A stretch of DNA of 30,915 nt from Deltaproteobacteria bacterium (lineage in GTDB: Bacteria; Desulfobacterota; DSM-4660; Desulfatiglandales; HGW-15): the NCBI GenBank assembly GCA_024641835.1, contig JAHECH010000001.1, positions 1 through 30,915 of the forward strand. Reading direction: 5' to 3'. This document shows, in pieces, positions 1-9,394 of this stretch (position 1 is its first letter; each line of letters opens with the position of its first letter). The notes beneath the pieces were generated by a model. That model searched no databases and was not told where the DNA came from. It saw nothing but the letters and a program-made list of their open reading frames with translations. The position numbers and the translations under genes were made by a program.

Positions 1-32
1 CTTCGAAGGACGCGGCTTGAGGGGGGAGGCGA

Positions 33-509
33 ATGAAAGAGAGAGTTGTGCGGTTGAAAGTGAATGGCATGTACAGGAAGATAATGCTTGAACCTAGAAA
101 ACTTCTGATAGAGGTGCTCCGAGAAGATTTAGGGCTTACCGGTTCAAAAGCGGGCTGCGATGATGGTTCCTGTGGGGCCTGTACAGTCCTACTAGACGGA
201 AACCCGGTGCGGTCGTGTTTGCTTCTTGCAGTCGAAGTTGAGGGCCGGGACATAACGACGATTGAAGGAGTTGCAGGAGAACAAGAAATGCACGGGATAC
301 AAAGAGCCTTTGTACAAACGGGAGCGGTTCAATGCGGCTTTTGCACTCCAGGAATGATTTTGTCGAGCAAAGCTCTCCTCGATAGGAACCCAAATTCCTC
401 AGAGAAAGAGATAAGGGAGGCGATTTCTGGAAACCTGTGCCGGTGTACCGGTTACGTGAAAATTGTGGAAGCTATAATGGCAGCGGCTAAGGAAAAGCGA
501 GGGGAGTGA
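33..509 (+). CDS. 2Fe-2S subunit of a xanthine dehydrogenase-family molybdoenzyme (CoxS/HcrC-like)
   Basis: Motifs GCDDGSCGACTVLLDG..SCL and QCGFCTPG..CRCTGY (two 2Fe-2S centres); GGGAGG RBS upstream. Confidence 0.93.
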   Translation: MKERVVRLKVNGMYRKIMLEPRKLLIEVLREDLGLTGSKAGCDDGSCGACTVLLDGNPVRSCLLLAVEVEGRDITTIEGVAGEQEMHGIQRAFVQTGAVQCGFCTPGMILSSKALLDRNPNSSEKEIREAISGNLCRCTGYVKIVEAIMAAAKEKRGE

Positions 510-512
510 GGC

Positions 513-2819
513 ATGACAAGATACTCTGTCATCGGAAAGAGATTGCCAAGATGGGATGCAGTAGAGAAAGTGCTGGGACAGGCGCTTTACTCAGGGGATT
601 TGAAACTGCCCGGCATGCTCATCGGAAAGGTTCTTAGAAGTCCTTATGCACACGCGAGAATATTGAATGTTGACGTGGGTAAGGCAAAAAAAATCGACGG
701 CGTCGTGGCTATAGTTACGGGAAAAGATACGATAGGTAGGAAATGGGGGGTTTTCCCCTATACTAGGGATATGGATTTATTGAATAGGGAAAAGGTTCGT
801 TACATTGGAGATGCCGTGGCCGGTGTGGCTGCTATTGACGAAGAAGCTGCTGAAGAAGCATTAGATTCGATCGAAGTAGAATATGTTAAACTGCCTGCTG
901 TTTTCACAGCAGATCAAGCGATGAAAGAAGGGGCTCCTCTTCTGCATGCCGACAAGCCAGGAAATATAGCTGTAGAAGTCCACGTCCATGTTGGTGATGT
1001 GGACAAGGCATTGAGTGACTCATATTATGTGTACGAGGGCCATTATACCTGTCTGAACGATCAGAATGATAGTTATTGCATGCTCGAGCCCTATGCCGTG
1101 ATCGCGGACTATAGAGGGGCAGGAAAGTGTGCTTATTTGGATGTTTTTGCTCCCAGCGCAGCTCCACATATGACAGCTAGGGCGTTGAGTGGGCTTCTTG
1201 GCTTGCCAACAGCCAATGTGAGATTACACAAAGTTTTCATTGGCGGGGCCTTCGGGGGCCGATCTGAGGTATTTGCTCCCACGTTCATTTGTTCGTTGCT
1301 TTCTATGAAGGCAAAGCGTCCTGTACAACTCGTTCTTACACGAGAAGAGAATTTTGAGCTTCGGCAGGCTCACTCAATGGCAGTAGACGTCAAGATTGGC
1401 GTTAAAGCGGATGGGACTATAAGGGCGATAGACATAAGAAACGTTATGCAAGGGGGAGCCTATGCGAGCACCGGCCCGATTGCAAGTTCCATCCCCTATA
1501 TGGTGGCTGAACAGACCTATAAAACATCCAATTTTAGGTACAACGTGTGCGATGTTTATACCAACACCCCTCCAAGGGGAATGGTACCGTACCATGCGAG
1601 ATGGCTGAACATTGCGATTGAAGCAGGAATGGACGCTATCGGCGAAAAGCTGGATATTGATCCGGTAGAGGTGAGGATGAGAAACATCGCAGACAAAGGA
1701 TACACAACACCAACGGGATCGCGAATAGGGTCATGTGGTCTTGAAGAGGCCATTCAGAAAGTCATAGAAAAATCCCGGTGGCGCGAAAAGAAGGGGAAAT
1801 TGCCTTACGGGAAGGGGATAGGGCTGGGTATCGGTGGTGTGATGAGCGGGTTTCCCATGGGTTTTCGCGGTGGATCATCAGCGGTTATAAAATTCAGCGA
1901 GGATGGAGACCCTACGGTGATCACCGGCGCCGTTGACAATGGTCAAGGGAACGAAAACACGATGCGGCAGATTGCCGCGGAGGTTCTGGGCCTCCCGATG
2001 GAAAGGGTGCATTTGGCAAATGCTGACACATTTATTTCCGGTATAGACGTTGGGGCCTATTCTCAAGCCGCGACTATGATCTCTGGCAAAGCAGTAATGG
2101 AAGCAGCTAAAGATGCTAGGGAGCAAATTCTTGTCCTCGCCTCGGAGATGCTGAAGGCGAACGCCGAAGACCTGAATCTGGCAGATGGTATGGTCTATGT
2201 CCTGAGTGGCCAAGAGAAGAGAGCAGATCTAGGAAAGATCATTCAATATGGGATTTTGGGGAAAAGGGTAGTCATCGGGCGGGGCCAGTGTATGCCCCCT
2301 GTTGACCCTACGAGAGAATGGTTGAACAATCCAAAGGGCCAAATTGCAGCTGGCTTTAGTTTCGGGGCTACTGTGGCGGAAGTGGAGGTTGAGATTGAGA
2401 CAGGAAAAGTGAAAGTGCTTGATGTCGTATTGGCTCACGACTGTGGTTATCCAATTAATCGCATGAACGTAGAAGGCCAGATGCACCGAGCATTTTTTGA
2501 GTCGGTGTTTAAAGCTGGGCTTTTCGAAAGGCACATACGGGACAAAACAGGTTATTCTTTTAATCACAACTTTTTGGACTATCATTTTCCCACAGCATTA
2601 GACACGATCAGCCCATCAGCCACCCTAATCATTGAATCAAATGATCCATTTGGCCCGTTTGGTGCAAAAGAGGGAAGCCTTTCCATCTGCATGAGCGGAT
2701 ACTGTGCGCTAGCGAATGCGATTTACGATGCTGTAGGGGTGCGCGTTACGGACTGGCCAGCAACGCCTGAAAAAGTGCTAAAAGCACTCGATCATGGTAA
2801 GCAGAAAGGAGCCCCATGA
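513..2819 (+). CDS. Xanthine dehydrogenase-family molybdopterin-binding large subunit (HcrA-like), several cofactor/active-site motifs degenerate
   Basis: 768 aa; N-terminus SVIGKRLPRWDAVEKV..Y..DLKLPGML, GGAFGGR, GGAYAS, TNTPP, GPFGAKE; follows the 2Fe-2S subunit. Confidence 0.9.
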   Translation: MTRYSVIGKRLPRWDAVEKVLGQALYSGDLKLPGMLIGKVLRSPYAHARILNVDVGKAKKIDGVVAIVTGKDTIGRKWGVFPYTRDMDLLNREKVRYIGDAVAGVAAIDEEAAEEALDSIEVEYVKLPAVFTADQAMKEGAPLLHADKPGNIAVEVHVHVGDVDKALSDSYYVYEGHYTCLNDQNDSYCMLEPYAVIADYRGAGKCAYLDVFAPSAAPHMTARALSGLLGLPTANVRLHKVFIGGAFGGRSEVFAPTFICSLLSMKAKRPVQLVLTREENFELRQAHSMAVDVKIGVKADGTIRAIDIRNVMQGGAYASTGPIASSIPYMVAEQTYKTSNFRYNVCDVYTNTPPRGMVPYHARWLNIAIEAGMDAIGEKLDIDPVEVRMRNIADKGYTTPTGSRIGSCGLEEAIQKVIEKSRWREKKGKLPYGKGIGLGIGGVMSGFPMGFRGGSSAVIKFSEDGDPTVITGAVDNGQGNENTMRQIAAEVLGLPMERVHLANADTFISGIDVGAYSQAATMISGKAVMEAAKDAREQILVLASEMLKANAEDLNLADGMVYVLSGQEKRADLGKIIQYGILGKRVVIGRGQCMPPVDPTREWLNNPKGQIAAGFSFGATVAEVEVEIETGKVKVLDVVLAHDCGYPINRMNVEGQMHRAFFESVFKAGLFERHIRDKTGYSFNHNFLDYHFPTALDTISPSATLIIESNDPFGPFGAKEGSLSICMSGYCALANAIYDAVGVRVTDWPATPEKVLKALDHGKQKGAP

Positions 2820-3229
2820 AAGCAATGAGGATAGATCATATTTCCCTTGCAGTGAAGGACCTGAGTAAAGCAAGGGAGGCCTATGAGAAAGTTCTTGGCT
2901 TGGAGTTGGATTCCACGTACGTTTCAGAGAGGGAAAAAATTAGAGTTGCAAGATACTATTTGGGGGATGTGGCACTCGAACTCATGGAGCCTACCGCACC
3001 GGATAGTGAAGTTGCAAAATTCATTGAGCGCCGGGGGGAAGGTGTCTTTGTAATCTCCTATGAAGTCGGCGATGTAGACGAGGCGCTAGCCGAGCTAAGA
3101 AAGCAAGGCTGCAAGTTGATTGACGAAAAAGTACGTCATTTGCTGGGTGCTCGATATGCTTTTACTCTCCATCCAAAGGAACTCTGTGGGGTTCTTACGG
3201 AGGTGATCGACTATAGGAGAGGGGGATGA
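2816..3229 (+). CDS. VOC-family protein (methylmalonyl-CoA epimerase-like)
   Basis: IDHISLAV, LELMEP, GEG, LTEVI; ATGA overlap with the previous gene. Confidence 0.85.
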   Translation: MKAMRIDHISLAVKDLSKAREAYEKVLGLELDSTYVSEREKIRVARYYLGDVALELMEPTAPDSEVAKFIERRGEGVFVISYEVGDVDEALAELRKQGCKLIDEKVRHLLGARYAFTLHPKELCGVLTEVIDYRRGG

Positions 3230-3311
3230 GGAGACCCGCGCGTATAAGAGGCAACAATATTCGAATTGATTCTCGGGTGTTAGGAAGCAAATGCCAGTGG
3301 AGGAGCCGCAG

Positions 3312-4709
3312 ATGGTAGGAATCACATCTTTCGGAATCTACTTGCCGTTGTGGAGATTGCCCCTGGCCATGATTTCGGCGGGCTTCAAGGGAGAAAAGGC
3401 CGTGGCTGGTGCAGATGAGGACAGTGTAACCATGGCTGTCGCTGCTGCGATAGAGTGTTTAAAAGGTAGAAGTAGGAGCGAAATTGATGGGTTGATATTT
3501 TCCACTACAACGTCTCCGTATGCGGAGAAACAATTGGCGACACTGATTGCCTGTGCCTGCGATCTAAGGGAGGACATTCTTACTTTGGATATATCTGGTT
3601 CGCTTAAGGCCGGAACCGGGGCCCTTGCCGTCGGTTTGAACCTGGTTAAGGCAGGCGCAGCCCAAAACATCTTAGTTGTGGCTGCAGACTGCCGTATAGG
3701 GGCACCTGGCAGTGCTTTAGAGTTATCCATTGGCGATGGAGCGGCCGCGGTTATAGTGGGCAAAGATAACGTTCTTGCCGAATTTGAAGACGGTTTTTCC
3801 TTGGCCAATGAAATGATAGACGTGTGGCGGCACCAAAAGCAAAATTTTGTGCAGTCGTGGGAGGAGCGATTTGTCTCAGCGCTAGGTTACCAGAGAACGA
3901 TGATTGAGACGATCAAAGGCCTCATGGCCCGACAGGGCTTGAAAGCCCCAGATTATACTCGAATGGCTCTTTATTCTCCTGACATGAGAAGTCCGAGTCG
4001 AGTGGCGAAGGCCGCGGGATTTGACCCGAGTTCTCAGGTGCAGGACAGCTGTCTTTTTGCTATGGGAAACGTTGGCACCCCTCAACCTCTCTTGTTGTTG
4101 AGCGAGTTTTTGAGAGATGCCCAGGAAGAGGAGAGGGTCATGATAGCCGGATATGGGGGAGGAGGAGATGCGTTAAGCTTTAAGACTACAAAGAAGGTTC
4201 TTGATGCGCATAAGAAACGAGGTTTGAAGGAGTACCTTAACTCCAAGCGGGAGGTGCCCGACTATGTTACTTATCTCAGATGGCGGGAGCTGATTGATCA
4301 GGATCCGCCCACAGCTGAGTTCGGAAGCACTGAGGCGTCTGCTGCGTCGATTTGGCGTGAGCGTGGGCAGATATTCGCTCTTAAAGGCGCAAAATGCCGG
4401 TCCTGCGGGACCGTCCAATTTCCGTCGCAAAGGGTCTGTGTTCAATGTCACAGTAAGGATCAATTTGAAGTGATCCGGTTATCCGAGAGTGGAGGCAGGT
4501 TGTTTAGCTTTTCCAGGGACCCCCTTACTGACAACACGATGGGAATTGTCAATTTTGAGGAGGGCGGTCGAATGTTTGGGACTCTAACGGACTGTGTTTT
4601 TCATGAGCTGGAGGTAGATATGAGGGTAGTGATGCAGTTTCGTAAGACATTCTTTGATGGAAAAAAGCAGAACTATTTTTGGAAAATTTCACCTCAGAGA
4701 TTCTCATAG
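3312..4709 (+). CDS. HMG-CoA-synthase-like domain fused to DUF35 zinc-ribbon/OB-fold (thiolase partner)
   Basis: DEDSVTMA, KAGT, GNVG in the N-terminal domain; CRSC..CVQC zinc ribbon and OB-fold at the C-terminus; start moved to ATG 3312 (GGAGGAG RBS). Confidence 0.85.
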   Translation: MVGITSFGIYLPLWRLPLAMISAGFKGEKAVAGADEDSVTMAVAAAIECLKGRSRSEIDGLIFSTTTSPYAEKQLATLIACACDLREDILTLDISGSLKAGTGALAVGLNLVKAGAAQNILVVAADCRIGAPGSALELSIGDGAAAVIVGKDNVLAEFEDGFSLANEMIDVWRHQKQNFVQSWEERFVSALGYQRTMIETIKGLMARQGLKAPDYTRMALYSPDMRSPSRVAKAAGFDPSSQVQDSCLFAMGNVGTPQPLLLLSEFLRDAQEEERVMIAGYGGGGDALSFKTTKKVLDAHKKRGLKEYLNSKREVPDYVTYLRWRELIDQDPPTAEFGSTEASAASIWRERGQIFALKGAKCRSCGTVQFPSQRVCVQCHSKDQFEVIRLSESGGRLFSFSRDPLTDNTMGIVNFEEGGRMFGTLTDCVFHELEVDMRVVMQFRKTFFDGKKQNYFWKISPQRFS

Positions 4710-4724
4710 GGGAGGACCGATAAG

Positions 4725-5909
4725 GTGGGTAGAATTACAGACAAAGTAGCCGTTGTTGGTATGGGCTGCACGCGTTTCGATGAGCACTGGGATAAGGGTA
4801 TTGAGGATTTGGCTGTAGAGGCAGCCTATGAGGCGTTCGCGGATGCAGCGGTATCCTCCGAAGACATAGAAGCGGCTTGGTGGGGTACGGTTGATGGCGG
4901 GGAACTGGGCCGGACATTAGGGCGGTTTCTGAAGTTCGAATATATTCCGATTACTCGGGTGGAAAATCGATGCGCGACCGGTAGTGAGGCTTTCCGCAAT
5001 GCTTGTTTTGCTGTGGCCTCAGGGATGTATGATTTGGTGCTCGCTTTGGGTGCAGAAAAGCTCAAGGATTCAGGTCTCGCGTCAGCGGGTCTCGACCCCC
5101 GTCAGCCTTATACCAGCCGGATGGAGTCGATGATTCATCCTCCGGCTGCTTTTGCTCAACTGGCGAGACGTTACCAGTACCATTATGGCCTCGACTACGA
5201 TGAATTCAAAAAGGCTCTGAGCCTGATTGCGGTTAAGAATCATCACAACGGGAGCTTGAATCCCAAGGCCCAATTTCAGAAGGAGATAACGCTGGAGCAG
5301 GCTGTGAAGGCTCCTATGGTATCAGAACCTTTGGGACTCTTTGATTGTTGCGGGGTTTCGGACGGTGCTGCTGCGGCCATTATTACCAGACCGGAGATAG
5401 CTAAAGAAATGCGAGATGACTATATCCTCGTGAAGGCTTTGGCGCTCTCATCCGGATCATTTCAAAATCGGCTTCGCTCTGATCATGATCTGGTCCATAT
5501 GGAAGAGCTGATCCGCTCTTCAAAGGACGCTTACGCACAGGCAGGCATCAAAGACCCACGAAAAGAAATAGACCTCGCAGTGGTGCATGACTGCTTTACG
5601 ATTACTGAAATGGTTATCTACGAGAATTTCGGTTTTAGCGAATGGGGCAAGGCCAGAGATGACGTGGAGCAAGGGACTTTTACCCTTGAGGGAGAACTTC
5701 CTATCAACACCGATGGAGGTCTTAAATGCTTTGGCCACCCCCTCGGAGCTTCTGGTTTAAGAATGATTTATGAAGTGTATAAGCAACTTCAAGGAAAGGC
5801 TGACAGAAGACAGGTCAAAAATGCCCGGTTGGGATTGGCGCACACATTTGGCGGGACGCCCATAGACTCGGGGGTAAGCGCGGTCACAATCCTGGGGAGG
5901 AACGACTAG
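4725..5909 (+). CDS. Acetyl-CoA acetyltransferase/thiolase (SCP-x-like)
   Basis: ENRCATGSEA (catalytic Cys), HDCFTITE, GHPLGASG; GTG start with GGGGAGGA RBS. Confidence 0.92.
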   Translation: MGRITDKVAVVGMGCTRFDEHWDKGIEDLAVEAAYEAFADAAVSSEDIEAAWWGTVDGGELGRTLGRFLKFEYIPITRVENRCATGSEAFRNACFAVASGMYDLVLALGAEKLKDSGLASAGLDPRQPYTSRMESMIHPPAAFAQLARRYQYHYGLDYDEFKKALSLIAVKNHHNGSLNPKAQFQKEITLEQAVKAPMVSEPLGLFDCCGVSDGAAAAIITRPEIAKEMRDDYILVKALALSSGSFQNRLRSDHDLVHMEELIRSSKDAYAQAGIKDPRKEIDLAVVHDCFTITEMVIYENFGFSEWGKARDDVEQGTFTLEGELPINTDGGLKCFGHPLGASGLRMIYEVYKQLQGKADRRQVKNARLGLAHTFGGTPIDSGVSAVTILGRND

Positions 5910-5959
5910 ATGACAGGCTGATGCACAATGCGCAGCAAATTGAAGTCAGGCTTATGATG

Positions 5960-6254
5960 CGAACCATTTCAGTGGGACCCCCTCATGCGATTGATGCGAT
6001 ATCCGAAGCAGTGGGCATCGGAGCGGATGAAGGGATCCTGCTCACAGACAAGGCGTTTGCAGGAGCAGACACTTGGGCCGCTTCCACGACCCTGGGAAAC
6101 GCGGATAGAAGGGGTTGGGCATTTTGATTTGATTCTCTGTGGGCGTCAGGCCATTGACGGGGATACAGCCCGGATCGGTCCTCAGGTGACGGATTATCTG
6201 CGAATACCTCAGGTGACCTACGTTTTCGGGATTGAAGAGATCAAAAAGGGCTAA
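5960..6254 (+). pseudogene. etfB: Internal fragment of an electron transfer flavoprotein beta subunit, frameshifted
   Basis: ISVGPP..GADEGILLTDKAFAGADTW in one frame continues as DLILCGRQAIDGDTARIGPQ..PQVTYV in another; one extra base at about 6104; normal N- and C-terminal parts absent. Confidence 0.85.
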
Positions 6255-6312
6255 TCATTAAGTCAAAATGTAGTGGCCCGGAAGGATCGTCAGCTCAGTT
6301 GAGGAGGAATCT

Positions 6313-7446
6313 ATGTTGAGGTCGAAGACAGAGGAGCTGATAAGGAAGACGATGGCCAGGTTTGTAGACAACGAGGTCATTCCAAGAGCCCAGGAGATCG
6401 ATGTAAAGGGTGAGTTTCCTTGGGAAATGTTTCAGCAAATGGCGAAGATGGGAGTTTTCGGAATACGGTATCCTAAAGAAAGAGGGGGCTCAGGTGGGAA
6501 CACGACCCTTTACTGCATTATCATGGAAGAGTTGTCCAGAGGACTATTCAGCGTAGCTCATGTCACTGGCATGCAGTGCCTCATGGGTACTAATTTTCTT
6601 TTTCATTTTGGCACAGAAGAGATGCACAAGAAGTACTTCCTTCCTGCCATGAGAGGGGAGAAGATAGGTTGTTTTTGTTTGACCGAACCGGAAGCGGGAT
6701 CTGATCTTGGAAATGTGGCCACATTAGCGATTCGGACCAATGATGGATATATCATTAATGGCATGAAAACGTGGGTCAGCAATGGACCTGTGGCCGATTT
6801 TTTTACGGTCCTATGCCAGACAGACCCTGCAAAGAAACTCAGGGGCCTTGGTTTCTTCTTTGTACCAGGCGATACGCCGGGGATCTCCAGGAGCAGGCCT
6901 TTTGACCTTCTGGGAACGCGATCGTCAAAGATTTCAGAAATAGCCTTCAATAATTGCCATATTCCTCCCAATCACCGTCTGAGCGATGAGGGTCAAGGTC
7001 TGAACAATCTTCTTTCAATTCTGGCTGAGATCAGGACTGTAACAGCAGCTATGGCTGTTGGCCTTGGGAGAGCCGCCCTCCATGATTCTATTAAATATGC
7101 CCGTGAACGCGCCCAGTTTGGCAAAACGATTAGTAATTATCAACTCATCCAGTCTAAGATCGGTGAAATGACGGTTGATCTGGAAGCTTCTAAGCTTCTG
7201 ACTTACAGAGCGACCCATATGATTGACGAGAAGATACCATGCTTGCCGGAGGCCTCAATGGCTAAATACTTTGCCACCGAAGCAGCGTGCAAAGCAGGGG
7301 ATTATGCAACAAGAATTTTCGGCGCTTACGGATATTCCATGGAATACACGGCGCAGCGTTACTATCGCGACAACCGCTTCCTTCTTTACGGTGGTGGAAC
7401 CCACGAGGTTTTACTGCCCAACATCGCCCGGTGGGCCGGACTGTAA
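6313..7446 (+). CDS. Acyl-CoA dehydrogenase family protein
   Basis: CLTEPEAGSD, GMKTWVSNG, RAQFGK, YGGGTHE; GAGGAGG RBS. Confidence 0.93.
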   Translation: MLRSKTEELIRKTMARFVDNEVIPRAQEIDVKGEFPWEMFQQMAKMGVFGIRYPKERGGSGGNTTLYCIIMEELSRGLFSVAHVTGMQCLMGTNFLFHFGTEEMHKKYFLPAMRGEKIGCFCLTEPEAGSDLGNVATLAIRTNDGYIINGMKTWVSNGPVADFFTVLCQTDPAKKLRGLGFFFVPGDTPGISRSRPFDLLGTRSSKISEIAFNNCHIPPNHRLSDEGQGLNNLLSILAEIRTVTAAMAVGLGRAALHDSIKYARERAQFGKTISNYQLIQSKIGEMTVDLEASKLLTYRATHMIDEKIPCLPEASMAKYFATEAACKAGDYATRIFGAYGYSMEYTAQRYYRDNRFLLYGGGTHEVLLPNIARWAGL

Positions 7447-7617
7447 AGCCCTGGTCATCAGAGCCCTGAGGCTTTTTCAAAGATTTTTTCGCCCGTGATA
7501 CCTGGGGTAGAGGATTTGATTTGGCCTTTTCAGTTTGAGAGTCGTCCCTTTGGGATCGTTGCTAATTCGGTGGAATGCACTTGAGATCTTTGGACTGGGT
7601 AGAGAGTGCTCAAATCC

Positions 7618-9183
7618 ATGAACATAGCGTGGTGGGTGAAGCGCTGGAGTGATTTGTACCCCCATAAGCCCGCCATCATCTTTGAGGAAGAGCAAATCAG
7701 CTACGCGGAGCTTCACAGCAGAGCAAAGAAAACGGCCTGTTGGCTTCGCTCCCTGGGATTGGGAAAACATGACCGGGTGGCTGTCATATTGCAAAATTGC
7801 CCTGAATTTATTGAGCTCTATCTATCGTGCGCATATTTAGGAGCGATATTTGTTCCCATCAATTTTCGGCTGTCTCCGCCGGAACTTGATTACATCCTGA
7901 GAAATGCGGGACCGAGACTCCTCGTATTTGGAGAGAATTCCACAAAGGTGGTGCATGCGCTTGATTTAGAGCGGTATAAGCCTCCTTTGCTGTTAGCGAG
8001 CGTTGGAAGCAAAGCCCTTCTATCGGAGGCTTTGGATTACGGCTCTTGCATTCGATCTTTTGAGGGGGAGGAGGAGGTCTGCGAGAAATTGCTGGCTCAA
8101 GTCGATTGTGAAGAGCCTCAGGCTATCATGTATACCTCAGGTACTACCGGTAATCCCAAAGGTGCTGTTCTCTCTTTTCGTAAGACTTTTTTCAACTGCC
8201 TCAACGCTGATATTTTTCTCAAGCTTACATTTGAAGACATCATGCTCGTTGTACTGCCGCTTTTTCACTCCGGAGGGCTTTTTATACAAGCCTCGCCAAG
8301 CATCTACAAGGGAGCAACAATGATCATCCATCCCGGGTTTAATGCCCCCAGGGTTTACAAAGACATGGAGCGTTATAAGGTCACAAAATTCCTGGCCGTG
8401 CCAACCGTCTTTAATAGACTTCTCCAGCTTGAAACGAACGAAAGGAGTGATCTATCTTCTCTTGAAGTATGTGCCATCGGTGGTGAGAAAACGACGGCGG
8501 AAATAATAGACCGTTGCTGGAAAGCAGGTTTCAGGCTTCGACAGATTATGGGCCAAACAGAGACATCTATCCTCCTCTGCTCGTCAGAAGAAGAATCACT
8601 TCGTAAGCCCGGAAGTGCGGGGAGGCCCGTATTTCATTCTGAGGTCGATCTGGTCGATGAGAAAGGGAGAAGAGTGGGTCCCAACGAAGTGGGGGAAATA
8701 GTCGTGCGAGGTTCCATCCTGATGACCTCATACTGGCAGGATCCTGCTAGGACTCTGGAAACCTTGAGGAACGGATGGCTTCATACAGGTGACCTTGCGA
8801 GAAGGGACGAGGAAGGATATTTCTATCTTGTGGATCGAGCTAAGGACATGTACATTTCAGGCGGAGAGAATGTTTACCCGGCGGAAGTTGAGCGTGTATT
8901 GAGAGAACATCCGGAAATCGAAGATGCGGCCATCGTTGGGGTTTTTGACGAAACCTGGGGTGAAGTCGGGCATGCCTTTGTGATATGTAAAGCAGGTTCG
9001 GAGCTTCGTGCTGAAGACGTAATTTCTTTTTGCGAGGGGCGACTTGCTAGTTATAAGTGGCCAAAAAAAATAAGCTTCTGCAAAGAGTTCCCCCGCACCT
9101 CACTCGGCAAAGTACGTAAACGGCTTTTGCTCTCGCAAAGCTGGCCGGCGAATGTGTGGTCTTACGAAGAGGCGGAAAATTGA
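7618..9183 (+). CDS. AMP-dependent acyl-CoA synthetase/ligase
   Basis: YTSGTTGNPKG, GQTE, TGDLA, KDMYISGGENVYPAEVE, SLGKV; start at ATG 7618 or GTG 7606. Confidence 0.92.
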   Translation: MNIAWWVKRWSDLYPHKPAIIFEEEQISYAELHSRAKKTACWLRSLGLGKHDRVAVILQNCPEFIELYLSCAYLGAIFVPINFRLSPPELDYILRNAGPRLLVFGENSTKVVHALDLERYKPPLLLASVGSKALLSEALDYGSCIRSFEGEEEVCEKLLAQVDCEEPQAIMYTSGTTGNPKGAVLSFRKTFFNCLNADIFLKLTFEDIMLVVLPLFHSGGLFIQASPSIYKGATMIIHPGFNAPRVYKDMERYKVTKFLAVPTVFNRLLQLETNERSDLSSLEVCAIGGEKTTAEIIDRCWKAGFRLRQIMGQTETSILLCSSEEESLRKPGSAGRPVFHSEVDLVDEKGRRVGPNEVGEIVVRGSILMTSYWQDPARTLETLRNGWLHTGDLARRDEEGYFYLVDRAKDMYISGGENVYPAEVERVLREHPEIEDAAIVGVFDETWGEVGHAFVICKAGSELRAEDVISFCEGRLASYKWPKKISFCKEFPRTSLGKVRKRLLLSQSWPANVWSYEEAEN

Positions 9184-9394
9184 GAATGAGTGTGGAACCT
9201 GGCGTTAGAGCGAGAGGGGTCTGTCCCGTATTGTGAGACGGAGCGGAGGGCAATCAAAAGCTGCGTGGAAGTAAAGGCGGATATTATTTGCTGTTTTTGA
9301 CCAAGCGTAAAGGTCAACGGTTTAAATCGCAAGTCTGAGTTTTGGTTCATGGACGGTAGCCGGACATAACGCGATGTTTCTCCGGAGGAGGATC

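Noticed and set aside
1-20. End of an upstream gene (..SKDAA*, TGA 18-20), possibly the FAD subunit of the Mo enzyme
   Set aside because: Only five codons visible; identity cannot be supported
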